From the NCBI GenBank assembly GCA_029258375.1, contig JARHZA010000001.1:599564-663563 (forward strand): a stretch of 64,000 nucleotides of DNA. The letters run 5' to 3'. Below, piece by piece: positions 39,279 to 48,846 of the stretch. How positions within the stretch are numbered: the first letter of the stretch is position 1; every line of letters begins with the position of its first letter. Below the pieces are notes generated by a model. The model ran no database searches and was not told the DNA's origin. It saw nothing but the letters and a program-made list of their open reading frames with translations. The stretch comes from Eubacterium sp. (GTDB lineage: Bacteria; Bacillota; Clostridia; Oscillospirales; Acutalibacteraceae). The position numbers and the translations under genes were made by a program.

Positions 39279-39606
39279 GCGTGTGAGAAAGGCGTATTAT
39301 ATATAAATATAACCTTATGCACACAACAAGATATGCGATGATGCCGGAGGTGGCGCGAACCCGTTAATTCGTTAACGGCTAATGCGGGAATTTCGGCGGA
39401 GTATGTCCGATTTTAAACCGGGCGAAATCATACCGTATTTAACTATCCACAGATGACTTGCGAACGTCTGTGTGACTGTGGATAATTCTGCGCCCGAATG
39501 ATGTTTATATCATTCGGTTATTAAAATAGCGGGGTTGAAACACACGGCTGGGTGGGTTAAATGCTTGGTAAAGACTCGCACCAATATTTTTCAGGAGGAA
39601 AAGTAA
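39279..39606 (+). ncRNA. Long structured 5' leader of rpsJ (candidate r-protein leader RNA)
   Basis: GC-enriched non-coding stretch with several hairpins, e.g. CCGTTAA-TTCG-TTAACGG (39361-39378) and CCGAATGAT/ATCATTCGG (39494-39517). Confidence 0.65.
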
Positions 39607-39921
39607 ATGGCAGCAAGCAAAGTCAAAATCCGTATCAGACTTAAAGGCTACGATCACAACCTTGTAGATCAAGCAGCTGAGAAGATTGTTGAAACAGCTA
39701 AGAATACTGGCGCTCAAGTTAGCGGTCCTATTCCACTTCCAACAGAGAAAGAAGTTGTTACAATTCTTCGTGCAGTTCACAAGTATAAAGATAGCCGTGA
39801 ACAGTTTGAACAGAGAACACACAAAAGACTCATCGACATTCTCAGACCTTCAAACAAAACTGTTGAAGCTTTGACAAGTCTTGAGCTCCCAGCAGGCGTT
39901 GATATCGAAATCAAATTATAA
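39607..39921 (+). CDS. rpsJ: 30S ribosomal protein S10
   Basis: [11 protein letters not shown]...GPIPLPT...KDSREQFE. Confidence 0.99.
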   Translation: MAASKVKIRIRLKGYDHNLVDQAAEKIVETAKNTGAQVSGPIPLPTEKEVVTILRAVHKYKDSREQFEQRTHKRLIDILRPSNKTVEALTSLELPAGVDIEIKL

Positions 39922-39977
39922 TTTACGTTTGTTGAGGTCAAGTTGGGAAACCAACCAATAACCAAGGAGGAAAAAAT

Positions 39978-40610
39978 ATGAAAAAAGGTCTTATCGGTAA
40001 GAAAATCGGCATGACCCAAATCTTCAACGAAGATGGAAAAGTTATTCCAGTAACAGTTGTTGAAGCTGGTCCATGCGTAGTTACCCAAAAGAAGACAATG
40101 GAGAACGACGGTTACGAAGCAGTTCAAGTTGGCTTTGGTGATGTTAAAGTTAACAGACTTAACAAACCAATGAAAGGTCACTTTGCTAAGAACGATGTAG
40201 CTCCTAAGAAAACACTTAAAGAGTTCCGTCTTGATGATTGTTCAGCACTTAATGTTGGCGATATCATTAAAGCAGATACATTCGCAGTAGGCGAAGTAGT
40301 AGACGTAAAGGGAACTTCAAAGGGCCACGGAACAGCTGGCGCAATCAAGCGTTGGAATTTCTCAAGACTCCGTGAATCACACGGTACAGGTCCTAACGCT
40401 CGTCATCAAGGTTCACTTGGTGCTTGCTCAAGCCCTTCAAGAGTATTTAAGGGTAGAAAAATGGCTGGTCATTACGGTCACGAAACAGTAACAATCCAAA
40501 ACCTTACAATTGCAAAGGTTGACGCTGAAAACAACCTCATCGCAATTAAAGGCGCAATCCCAGGCCCTAAGGGCGGAATTGTTGTAATTGCAGACGCAGT
40601 TAAAGCTTAA
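39978..40610 (+). CDS. rplC: 50S ribosomal protein L3
   Basis: [10 protein letters not shown]...PVTVVE...SKGHG. Confidence 0.99.
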   Translation: MKKGLIGKKIGMTQIFNEDGKVIPVTVVEAGPCVVTQKKTMENDGYEAVQVGFGDVKVNRLNKPMKGHFAKNDVAPKKTLKEFRLDDCSALNVGDIIKADTFAVGEVVDVKGTSKGHGTAGAIKRWNFSRLRESHGTGPNARHQGSLGACSSPSRVFKGRKMAGHYGHETVTIQNLTIAKVDAENNLIAIKGAIPGPKGGIVVIADAVKA

Positions 40611-40627
40611 CGAAAGGAGAGAAAATA

Positions 40628-41251
40628 ATGGCACAGGTTCAGGTTTATAACCAAGAAGGTCGTAAGACTTCAAAAATGGAACTTGCAGATTCAGTTTTCG
40701 GTATTGAACCAAACGGATATGCAATGCATCTTTCAGTTGTCAGCTATCTTGCTGCACAGCGTCAAGGCACACAGTCAACTCTCACTCGTTCAGAAGTATC
40801 TGGCGGCGGTGCAAAGCCTTGGAGACAAAAAGGAACAGGTCGTGCTCGTCAGGGTTCAACTCGTAGCCCACAATGGACACACGGCGGTATCGCTCTTGGC
40901 CCTAAGCCAAGAAAATATACAGTTAACGTAAACAAGAAAGTTAAAAGACTTGCTATGAAATCAGCTCTTTCAAGCAAAGTTGCTGAATCAGAAATGATGA
41001 TCGTTAACAAAATCGAACTCGAAGCAATCAAAACAAAAGCAATCGTTGAAATGCTTTCAAAACTCAAGACAGGCAAGAAGGTACTTCTTGTTCTTCCTGA
41101 AAACAACGAAGCAATCTACAAGAGTGCTCGTAACATTGAAGGCGTTAAGGTTGTTACAGTAAACACCCTCTGTGTTTACGATATTCTTAACTGCAACAAT
41201 CTTGTTGTACTTAAGGATGCAGCGAAGAAAATTGAGGAGGTATATGCATAA
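40628..41251 (+). CDS. rplD: 50S ribosomal protein L4
   Basis: KPWRQKGTGRARQGS. Confidence 0.99.
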   Translation: MAQVQVYNQEGRKTSKMELADSVFGIEPNGYAMHLSVVSYLAAQRQGTQSTLTRSEVSGGGAKPWRQKGTGRARQGSTRSPQWTHGGIALGPKPRKYTVNVNKKVKRLAMKSALSSKVAESEMMIVNKIELEAIKTKAIVEMLSKLKTGKKVLLVLPENNEAIYKSARNIEGVKVVTVNTLCVYDILNCNNLVVLKDAAKKIEEVYA

Positions 41252-41547
41252 TGAGAACTGCTCATGACATTATCATCAAGCCTATTATCACTGAAGAATC
41301 AATGATGGGTATTATGGCAAAGAAGTATACCTTCAAAGTTGCTAAGGATGCAAACAAAATTGAAATCGCTAAAGCTATTGAAGAAGTTTTCCCAGGAACA
41401 AAAGTTGTTAAGGTTAACACAATGAATGTTCGCGGTCATGAACGCCGTCAGGGAATGCACAGTGGTTACACACCTTCTTGGAAGAAGGCAATTGTTACAC
41501 TTGCTGAAGATTCAAAAGAAATTGAATTCTTCAACGATATGATGTAA
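41251..41547 (+). CDS. rplW: 50S ribosomal protein L23
   Basis: IIKPIITEES...KVNTMNV...WKKAIV. Confidence 0.98.
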   Translation: MRTAHDIIIKPIITEESMMGIMAKKYTFKVAKDANKIEIAKAIEEVFPGTKVVKVNTMNVRGHERRQGMHSGYTPSWKKAIVTLAEDSKEIEFFNDMM

Positions 41548-41653
41548 TCATAACTTCCTATTAACTTATTAAAGCGAAACAGAGAATATTTCGGATGATG
41601 AGGTATGAAGAGTGCCATCTCTTCGCAAAGTTATCCGGAAAGGAGAAATAATT

Positions 41654-42487
41654 ATGGCTATTAAGAATTACAAGCCGACTACTCCTTCAAGAAGAAATAT
41701 GTCGGTTACAGATTATTCTTCCCTCTCTAAAGTTGCTCCTGAAAGATCTTTGCTCGAACCAATCAGCAAACACTCAGGCCGTAACTCATACGGAAGAATT
41801 ACAGTACGTCATCGTGGTGGCGGAAACAGAAGAAAATATCGTGTTATTGACTTCAAAAGACAAAAATTCGATATTCCAGCAGAAGTTAAGACAATTGAGT
41901 ACGATCCAAACCGTTCAGCTCACATTGCTCTTATTCAATATGAAGATGGTGTTAAGAGCTACATCATTGCTCCAGAAGGTCTTAAAGTTGGCGCAACAGT
42001 TGTTGCTGGTCCAAATGCAGACATCGTTGCAGGTAACGCTCTTCCACTTAAAAACATCCCAGTAGGTACTATCGTTCATAACATTGAACTTTACCCAGGT
42101 CGTGGCGCTCAGCTTGCTCGTTCAGCTGGTAACAGTGCTCAGCTTATGGCTCTTGAAGGCCCTTATGCTCTTCTTAGACTCCCATCAGGCGAACTTCGTA
42201 ACGTTCCTTGCGAATGTATGGCAACTATCGGTGTTGTTGGTAACACAGATCACGCAAACGTTAAAATCGGTAAAGCTGGTCGTAAGCGCAACTTAGGTTG
42301 GAGACCAACTGTTCGTGGTTCTGTAATGAACCCTAACGATCACCCTCACGGTGGTGGTGAAGGTAAATCACCTATCGGTCGTCCAGGTCCTGTTACTCCT
42401 TGGGGTAAACCAGCTCTTGGTTATAAGACTCGTAATAAGAAGAAAGCTTCTAACAAGATGATCGTAAGACGTCGTAACGGTAAATAA
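41654..42487 (+). CDS. rplB: 50S ribosomal protein L2
   Basis: [14 protein letters not shown]...[17 protein letters not shown]; AGGAG RBS before 41654. Confidence 0.99.
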   Translation: MAIKNYKPTTPSRRNMSVTDYSSLSKVAPERSLLEPISKHSGRNSYGRITVRHRGGGNRRKYRVIDFKRQKFDIPAEVKTIEYDPNRSAHIALIQYEDGVKSYIIAPEGLKVGATVVAGPNADIVAGNALPLKNIPVGTIVHNIELYPGRGAQLARSAGNSAQLMALEGPYALLRLPSGELRNVPCECMATIGVVGNTDHANVKIGKAGRKRNLGWRPTVRGSVMNPNDHPHGGGEGKSPIGRPGPVTPWGKPALGYKTRNKKKASNKMIVRRRNGK

Positions 42488-42505
42488 GAAGAAAGGAGAA
42501 GATAA

Positions 42506-42778
42506 ATGAGTAGAAGTCTTAAAAAAGGACCTTTCGTAGAAGAAAGCCTTTATAAAAAAGTAGCCGCTCTTAACGAGAAAGGCGACAAGCAGGTTATTAA
42601 AACTTGGTCAAGAAGTTCAACAATCTTCCCTGAATTCGTAGGACACACATTTGCTGTTCATGACGGAAGAAAGCATGTTCCTGTATATGTTACAGAAGAC
42701 ATGGTTGGACATAAACTTGGTGAATTCGCACCAACAAGAACATTCCGTGGCCACGCAGGCTCAAAAACATCTAAGTAA
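42506..42778 (+). CDS. rpsS: 30S ribosomal protein S19
   Basis: [11 protein letters not shown]...GHKLGEF. Confidence 0.99.
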   Translation: MSRSLKKGPFVEESLYKKVAALNEKGDKQVIKTWSRSSTIFPEFVGHTFAVHDGRKHVPVYVTEDMVGHKLGEFAPTRTFRGHAGSKTSK

Positions 42779-42798
42779 TCGAAAGGAGATATTAAACT

Positions 42799-43137
42799 AT
42801 GGAAGCAACAGCTAAAGCAACATACGTTCGTATTTCTCCACGTAAGGTGCAGATTGTTCTTGATTTAATCAGAAATCAGCCTTGTGACAAAGCAATGGCT
42901 ATTCTTCAGCACACACCAAAGGCTGCAACAGAACCTCTTATGAAAGTTCTTAAATCAGCAATGGCAAACGCTGAAAACAATAACAATATGGACGTATCAA
43001 GATTATATGTTAGTTACTGCAATGTAACTTCTGGCCCAATTCTTAAGAGAATTCAGCCAAGAGCACAAGGCAGAGCAAACAGAATCAATAAAAGAACATC
43101 ACACATCACCATTACCGTTAAGGAAATGGAAGACTAA
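42799..43137 (+). CDS. rplV: 50S ribosomal protein L22
   Basis: RISPRKV...LKSAMANAE...KRTSHIT. Confidence 0.99.
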   Translation: MEATAKATYVRISPRKVQIVLDLIRNQPCDKAMAILQHTPKAATEPLMKVLKSAMANAENNNNMDVSRLYVSYCNVTSGPILKRIQPRAQGRANRINKRTSHITITVKEMED

Positions 43138-43155
43138 GCGAGGAGGAAAAGTTAA

Positions 43156-43860
43156 ATGGGACAGAAATGTAATCCTACCGGTTTAAGAATCGGTGTTATC
43201 AAAAACTGGGACTCCCGCTGGTATGCTAAGAAGGGCGAATTCGGCGATACACTTGTTGAAGATTACAATCTTCGTAAGTATCTCCTTGAAACTCTTAAAG
43301 GCGCAGGTGTTCCAAAGGTAGAAATTGAGAGAGATGCAAAGCGTGTTAGAATCAACATTCACTGTGCAAAACCAGGTATGGTTATTGGTAAGCAGGGCGC
43401 TGAAATCGAAAAGCTCAAAGCTATCTGTGCAAAGAAATTAAACAAGAGTGTTGACGAAGTTTTCATCAACATCATTGAAATCAAACAGCCAGACCTCGAT
43501 GCTAACCTTGTAGCTCAGAGCATTGCAACACAGCTTGAAAAGCGTGTTTCATTCCGTCGTGCTGTTAAGCAAGCAATCCGTAACACAATGAGACTCGGCG
43601 CTCGTGGTATCAAAGTTCAGGTATCAGGCCGTATCGGTGGTGCAGAAATTGCTCGTACAGAAACTTATAAAGAGGGTACAATCCCACTTCAAACAATTCG
43701 TGCAGATATCGATTATGGTACAGCAGAAGCTGCTACAACTTATGGTCGTATCGGCGTTAAGACTTGGATCTACCAAGGTGAAGTTCTTCGTGAGTCAAGA
43801 AACAAGGCTCCAAGAAGAAACCGTCGTAGAGATAATCGCAAGGAAGGAGGAAATCAATAA
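43156..43860 (+). CDS. rpsC: 30S ribosomal protein S3
   Basis: [11 protein letters not shown]...[11 protein letters not shown]. Confidence 0.99.
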   Translation: MGQKCNPTGLRIGVIKNWDSRWYAKKGEFGDTLVEDYNLRKYLLETLKGAGVPKVEIERDAKRVRINIHCAKPGMVIGKQGAEIEKLKAICAKKLNKSVDEVFINIIEIKQPDLDANLVAQSIATQLEKRVSFRRAVKQAIRNTMRLGARGIKVQVSGRIGGAEIARTETYKEGTIPLQTIRADIDYGTAEAATTYGRIGVKTWIYQGEVLRESRNKAPRRNRRRDNRKEGGNQ

Positions 43861-44282
43861 TGCTCTTACCAAAGCGTGTTAAACACCGTAAGCAACACAG
43901 AGGTCGTATGACTGGTGAAGCTACAAGAGGAAATAAAGTAACATATGGTCAATTCGGTCTTCAGGCTACTGAGCCTGCATGGATCACAGCAGCTCAAATC
44001 GAAGCAGCTCGTATCGCTATGACACGTTACACAAAGCGTGGCGGTCAAGTTTGGATTAAGATTTTCCCTGACAAGCCAATTACAGCAAGACCTGCCGATA
44101 CTCGTATGGGTAAAGGTAAAGGTAACGTTGACTACTGGGTAGCAGTAGTTAAGCCAGGCAGAGTTATGTTTGAACTCGGTGGCGTAGAAGAGTCTGTTGC
44201 TCGTGAGGCTATGCGTCTTGCAGCAAACAAACTTCCTATCAAATGTAAATTCGTAGTTAAAGAAGAGGGAGGCGAGCAATAA
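43860..44282 (+). CDS. rplP: 50S ribosomal protein L16
   Basis: [15 protein letters not shown]...RMGKGKG. Confidence 0.99.
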   Translation: MLLPKRVKHRKQHRGRMTGEATRGNKVTYGQFGLQATEPAWITAAQIEAARIAMTRYTKRGGQVWIKIFPDKPITARPADTRMGKGKGNVDYWVAVVKPGRVMFELGGVEESVAREAMRLAANKLPIKCKFVVKEEGGEQ

Positions 44283-44485
44283 TGAAAGCTTCAGAAATTA
44301 AGGCTTTAAACGCTGATCAGCGCGCAGCAAAGCTTGCAGAGCTTAAGGAAGAACTCTTTAACCTCCATTTCCAGCAAGCTATCAATCAGCTCGACAACCC
44401 TATGAGAATCAAAGCTGTCAAGAAAGATATTGCACGTATCAAAACTGTTGAACGTGAAATTGAACTTGAAAGCTCAAATTCTTAA
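44282..44485 (+). CDS. rpmC: 50S ribosomal protein L29
   Basis: ELFNLHFQ...KKDIARIKT. Confidence 0.98.
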   Translation: MKASEIKALNADQRAAKLAELKEELFNLHFQQAINQLDNPMRIKAVKKDIARIKTVEREIELESSNS

Positions 44486-44504
44486 GAATAGGAGGTAGTT
44501 TGTA

Positions 44505-44762
44505 ATGAGTGAAAGAAACCTCAGAAAAACAAGAGTTGGTATTGTAACAAGTGATAAGATGGACAAAACAGTAGTTGTATCTCTTAAGGATAAAGTTCGT
44601 CATCCACTTTATGGAAAAATCATCAACCGTACTGTTAAGTACAAAGCACACGACGAAAACAATGTTTGCGGCATGGGCGACAAAGTTCTCATCATGGAAA
44701 CTCGTCCAATGAGCAAAGATAAAAGATGGCGTGTAGTTGAAATTATCGAAAAGGCAAAGTAA
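44505..44762 (+). CDS. rpsQ: 30S ribosomal protein S17
   Basis: KMDKTVVV...HDENN...ETRPMSKDK. Confidence 0.99.
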   Translation: MSERNLRKTRVGIVTSDKMDKTVVVSLKDKVRHPLYGKIINRTVKYKAHDENNVCGMGDKVLIMETRPMSKDKRWRVVEIIEKAK

Positions 44763-44856
44763 TCATTACGATTTACAAATGCTTTTATAAATTAGTTCTA
44801 AAATAATAACTGCAAGATGCAAAGTGTTATTTTGCAGTACGAAGGAGGAAAATGCT

Positions 44857-45225
44857 GTGATACAACAGGAAAGTCGTCTTAAAGTTGCAGACAACACTGG
44901 TGCTAAAGAAATTCTTTGTATTCGTGTTCTCGGCGGCTCAGGAAGAAGATATGCCAACATTGGCGACGTTATCGTTGCAAGCGTAAAGAAAGCTGCTCCA
45001 AATGGCGTTGTTAAAAAAGGCGAAGTTGTTAAAGCAGTCATCGTTCGTACAACTAAAGGTGTACGTCGTGACGACGGTCAGTACATTCGTTTTGATGAAA
45101 ATGCTGCCGTAATTATCAGGGAGGATAAAACTCCTAAAGGCACCCGTATTTTTGGACCCGTAGCAAGAGAGCTTCGTGATAAGGATTACATGAAGATACT
45201 TTCTCTCGCTCCGGAAGTACTTTAA
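44857..45225 (+). CDS. rplN: 50S ribosomal protein L14
   Basis: GTG start, [15 protein letters not shown]...FDENAAV. Confidence 0.99.
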   Translation: MIQQESRLKVADNTGAKEILCIRVLGGSGRRYANIGDVIVASVKKAAPNGVVKKGEVVKAVIVRTTKGVRRDDGQYIRFDENAAVIIREDKTPKGTRIFGPVARELRDKDYMKILSLAPEVL

Positions 45226-45240
45226 TGGAGGTGCACGATA

Positions 45241-45543
45241 ATGAGTAAAATGTTTATTAAAACTGGTGACACTGTTATGGTGCTCAGCGGTAAATCAAAA
45301 GGCGTTAAGGGCGAAGTTATCGCTGTAAGTCCTAAAGAAGGTAAACTCATCGTTAAGAAAGTTAACATGGTTACAAAGCATGTTAAACCTCGTAAGATGG
45401 GCGAACAAGGCGGACTTATCGATGTTGAATCTGCTCTTTATGCATCAAAAGTACAACTTGTATGTCCAAAATGTGGCGAAGCTACAAGAGTAGGTCACAA
45501 AGATGGACTCCGTGTTTGCAAAAAATGCGGCAAAGAATTTTAA
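45241..45543 (+). CDS. rplX: 50S ribosomal protein L24
   Basis: KOW motif GDTVMVLSGKSKG; C-terminal CPKC...CKKC. Confidence 0.98.
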   Translation: MSKMFIKTGDTVMVLSGKSKGVKGEVIAVSPKEGKLIVKKVNMVTKHVKPRKMGEQGGLIDVESALYASKVQLVCPKCGEATRVGHKDGLRVCKKCGKEF

Positions 45544-45562
45544 GTAAGGGAGGAACATAACA

Positions 45563-46105
45563 ATGGCTGCAAGGTTAAAAGAAACCTACAAGAGCGAAGT
45601 TGCTCCAGCATTAATGAAGAAATTCGAGTACAAATCTGTTATGCAAATCCCAAAGCTTGACAAGATTGTTCTCAATGTTGGTTGCGGTGAAGCCCGTGAA
45701 AATTCAAAGGTAGTAGACGCTATCATAAATGACCTTGGTATTATTACAGGTCAAAAACCGGTTATCTGTCGTGCTAAGAAGTCTGTTGCTAACTTCAAAC
45801 TTCGTGAAGGCATGCCAATCGGTGTAAAAGTTACTCTTCGTGGAGATAAGATGTATGAATTCCTTGACAGATTCTTCAATCTCGCTCTTCCAAGAGTACG
45901 TGACTTCAGAGGTATTAACCCTAACTCATTCGATGGCCGTGGTAACTATGCTATGGGTATCAAAGAACAGTTAATATTCCCTGAAATCGAATACGATAAA
46001 ATTGACACTGTTCGTGGCATGGACATTATCATGGTTACAACAGCGAATACAGATGAAGAAGCAAGAGAGCTCCTTACTTTATTAGGCGCTCCATTTGCAG
46101 GATAA
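45563..46105 (+). CDS. rplE: 50S ribosomal protein L5
   Basis: [11 protein letters not shown]...FDGRGNY...RGMDI. Confidence 0.99.
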   Translation: MAARLKETYKSEVAPALMKKFEYKSVMQIPKLDKIVLNVGCGEARENSKVVDAIINDLGIITGQKPVICRAKKSVANFKLREGMPIGVKVTLRGDKMYEFLDRFFNLALPRVRDFRGINPNSFDGRGNYAMGIKEQLIFPEIEYDKIDTVRGMDIIMVTTANTDEEARELLTLLGAPFAG

Positions 46106-46117
46106 GGAGGGTTTAAC

Positions 46118-46303
46118 GTGGCAAAGACATCTATGAAAGTTAAGGCTGCAAAGCCTGCTAAGTATTCAACAAGAGCTTACAACAGATGTAAGATCTGCGG
46201 TAGACCTCATGCTTATCTTCGTAAGTATGGCGTATGCCGTATCTGCTTCCGTGAACTTGCTCATAAGGGCGAGATTCCGGGTGTAACAAAATCATCTTGG
46301 TAA
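46118..46303 (+). CDS. rpsN: 30S ribosomal protein S14 (zinc-binding, type Z)
   Basis: CKICGRP...CRICFRE; GTG start. Confidence 0.98.
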   Translation: MAKTSMKVKAAKPAKYSTRAYNRCKICGRPHAYLRKYGVCRICFRELAHKGEIPGVTKSSW

Positions 46304-46342
46304 GAACTGGGAAATTGCTAAATAAATAAGGAGGAAATATCA

Positions 46343-46741
46343 ATGCATATTACAGACCCAATCGCTGATATGCTTACAAGAATTCGTAACGCTAATTCAG
46401 CAAAACACGATACAGTAGATATTCCTGCGTCTAACATGAAGAAAGCAATTGCTCAGATTCTTGTAGATGAAGGATATCTTAAAGGATATAAAATTATTGA
46501 AGATGGAAAACAAGGTGTTATCCGTGCAACTCTTAAATATGGAGAAGGTAAGTCACAGGTTATCACAGGTCTTCGCAGAGTTTCAAAACCAGGTCTTCGT
46601 AAATACTCAAATGTAGAAGAAATGCCTAAGGTTATGAAAGGTCTCGGCGTAGCAATCATTTCTACTTCAAAAGGTATAATGACAGACAGAGAAGCTCGCA
46701 AGCAAAATGTTGGCGGCGAAGTATTAGCATTCATTTGGTAA
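46343..46741 (+). CDS. rpsH: 30S ribosomal protein S8
   Basis: [13 protein letters not shown]...SKPGLR...GGEVL. Confidence 0.99.
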   Translation: MHITDPIADMLTRIRNANSAKHDTVDIPASNMKKAIAQILVDEGYLKGYKIIEDGKQGVIRATLKYGEGKSQVITGLRRVSKPGLRKYSNVEEMPKVMKGLGVAIISTSKGIMTDREARKQNVGGEVLAFIW

Positions 46742-46756
46742 GGAGGTGCAGTTAGG

Positions 46757-47296
46757 ATGTCACGTATAGGCTTAAAGCCAATCGCAATTCCTGCCGGCGT
46801 TGATTTTAGCGTCAACGGCAACACTGTAACCGTAAAAGGACCAAATGGTACTCTTACATTGGATAAGCATCCAAACATCAGCGTCAGTGTTGAAGGCAGC
46901 GAAGTTAATGTATCAAGACCAAACGACAATAAGCAAAACAGAGAACTTCATGGTCTCACTCGTTCACTTATTGCTAACATGGTTGAAGGTGTAGTTAACG
47001 GCTTCAAAAAAGTTCTTGAAGTAAACGGTGTTGGTTACCGTGTACAAACTCAAGGAAATCAACTTGTTATGAACCTTGGTTATTCACACCAAGTTATTAT
47101 GGAAGCACCTGAAGGTGTTAAAGTAGAATGTCCGTCTGCTAACCAGATCATCATTTCTGGTGCAGATAAGCAAGCTGTTGGTCAATTCGCAGCACAAGTT
47201 CGTGAAAAGAGACCACCAGAACCTTATAAGGGCAAAGGCATTAAGTATGCTGAAGAGCATATTCGCCGTAAAGAAGGAAAAGCAGGTAAGAAATAA
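46757..47296 (+). CDS. rplF: 50S ribosomal protein L6
   Basis: MSRIG...VKGPNG...PEPYKGKGI. Confidence 0.99.
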   Translation: MSRIGLKPIAIPAGVDFSVNGNTVTVKGPNGTLTLDKHPNISVSVEGSEVNVSRPNDNKQNRELHGLTRSLIANMVEGVVNGFKKVLEVNGVGYRVQTQGNQLVMNLGYSHQVIMEAPEGVKVECPSANQIIISGADKQAVGQFAAQVREKRPPEPYKGKGIKYAEEHIRRKEGKAGKK

Positions 47297-47314
47297 AGAA
47301 AGGAGTGACTTACA

Positions 47315-47674
47315 ATGGTTTCAAGACAAGATGCAAACAAAGCAAGACAAAAGCGTCATAAGAGAGTACGTGGAAAGATTTCAGGTACTGCTGAATGTCC
47401 AAGACTTAACGTATATCGCTCCCTCAGCAATATTTACGTTCAGCTTATCGACGACGTTGCAGGTGTTACAATTGCACAGGCTTCAACAGTTGAAAAGGAC
47501 TTCGCACAATATGGCGGAAATGTAGAAGCAGCTAAGGCTGTAGGTAAAACATTAGCAGACAGAGCTAAGGCAAAGGGCATTGAAAAATGCGTATTTGACC
47601 GTGGCGGTTACGTTTATCACGGACGTGTTGCTGCAGTAGCAGACGGCGCTCGTGAAGGCGGACTTGAGTTCTAA
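47315..47674 (+). CDS. rplR: 50S ribosomal protein L18
   Basis: PRLNVYRS...[12 protein letters not shown]. Confidence 0.99.
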   Translation: MVSRQDANKARQKRHKRVRGKISGTAECPRLNVYRSLSNIYVQLIDDVAGVTIAQASTVEKDFAQYGGNVEAAKAVGKTLADRAKAKGIEKCVFDRGGYVYHGRVAAVADGAREGGLEF

Positions 47675-47693
47675 CGAAGGAGGTAAATACTTT

Positions 47694-48194
47694 ATGGCAA
47701 AGATTGACGTATCTTCAATGGAACTTGAAGAAAGAGTAGTTACCATTAACCGTGTTTCAAAAACAGTTAAGGGTGGTAGAATTTATAAGTTCTCAGCACT
47801 TGTTGTTGTTGGTGATGGTAATGGTCTTGTAGGTTTCGGTGTAGGTAAATCAGGCGAAGTTCCTGATGCTATCCGCAAAGGAATTGAAGACGCAAGAAAG
47901 AATATTATCAAAGTTGCTTTAAGAGGCACAACAATCCCTCACGAAGTTAAAGGTAAATTCGGTGCAGGTGAAGTTCTTCTTATGCCTGCTCCAAAGGGTA
48001 CTGGAGTTATCGCAGGTGGTCCTGTTCGTTCTGTTGTAGAAACAGTTGGTATCGCTGATATCCGTACAAAGGCTATCCGCTCAAATAACCCTTACAACGT
48101 AGTAAGAGCAACAATGAATGGTCTTGCACAACTTCGCACAGCTGAAGAAGTTGCAGCAGTTCGTGGCAAGTCAACAAAAGAAATTTTAGGTTAA
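47694..48194 (+). CDS. rpsE: 30S ribosomal protein S5
   Basis: [10 protein letters not shown]...GTGVIAGG. Confidence 0.99.
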   Translation: MAKIDVSSMELEERVVTINRVSKTVKGGRIYKFSALVVVGDGNGLVGFGVGKSGEVPDAIRKGIEDARKNIIKVALRGTTIPHEVKGKFGAGEVLLMPAPKGTGVIAGGPVRSVVETVGIADIRTKAIRSNNPYNVVRATMNGLAQLRTAEEVAAVRGKSTKEILG

Positions 48195-48207
48195 GGAGGG
48201 TGGAAAC

Positions 48208-48387
48208 ATGGCAGATATTAAAATCAAACTTGCAAAGAGTTTAATTGGTAGCAAAAAAGACCAAATTGCCACCGCCCACTCACTTGGTCTCCGTAAAATT
48301 GGCAACGTAACTGTTCAGCCAAATAACGAACAGACACAGGGTAAAATCAACAAGATTTCACACCTTGTAGAAATCGTAGAAGAGTAA
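48208..48387 (+). CDS. rpmD: 50S ribosomal protein L30 (not in the ORF track)
   Basis: Own translation: MADIKIKLAKSLIGSKKDQIATAHSLGLRKIGNVTVQPNNEQTQGKINKISHLVEIVEE; lies between rpsE and rplO. Confidence 0.97.
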   Translation: MADIKIKLAKSLIGSKKDQIATAHSLGLRKIGNVTVQPNNEQTQGKINKISHLVEIVEE

Positions 48388-48402
48388 GGGGAGGTGCGAC
48401 AA

Positions 48403-48846
48403 ATGAAATTACATGAACTTTCTCCTGCTGAAGGCTCAAAGAAGAGCGTAAAGAGAGTTGGCCGTGGTGCTGCTTCAGGTCAGGGTAAAACTGCTGGTAA
48501 AGGTCATAAGGGTGCTAAAGCACGTTCAGGCTACAGCCGTCGTCCTGGTTTTGAAGGTGGTCAAATGCCACTTCAAAGACGTGTTCCAAAAAGAGGTTTC
48601 AATAACATCTTCAGAACAGAATACGCAGTAGTTAACGTTGCTGCACTTGAAGAAAGATTTGAATCAGGTGCAACAGTTGACGCTGAAAGCCTTAAAGCTT
48701 GCGGACTTATCAAGAAAGAACTTGACGGTGTTAAGGTTCTTGGTAACGGTGAAATCACAAAAGCATTAACAGTAAAAGTTACAGCTATAAGCGAAAGCGC
48801 TAAAAATAAGATCGAGGCTGCAGGTGGCAAGGTGGAGGTGCTTTAA
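48403..48846 (+). CDS. rplO: 50S ribosomal protein L15
   Basis: RVGRG...[10 protein letters not shown]...FEGGQMP. Confidence 0.99.
   Translation: MKLHELSPAEGSKKSVKRVGRGAASGQGKTAGKGHKGAKARSGYSRRPGFEGGQMPLQRRVPKRGFNNIFRTEYAVVNVAALEERFESGATVDAESLKACGLIKKELDGVKVLGNGEITKALTVKVTAISESAKNKIEAAGGKVEVL

Noticed and set aside
39077-39322. 81-aa minus-strand ORF between xpt and the S10 promoter
   Set aside because: Overlaps the S10 promoter, looks like translated AT-rich intergenic DNA, and has no RBS.
41612-41653. N-terminal extension of L2 given in the ORF track
   Set aside because: The AGGAG RBS and the conserved MAIK start point to 41654; the upstream GTG lies inside a hairpin.
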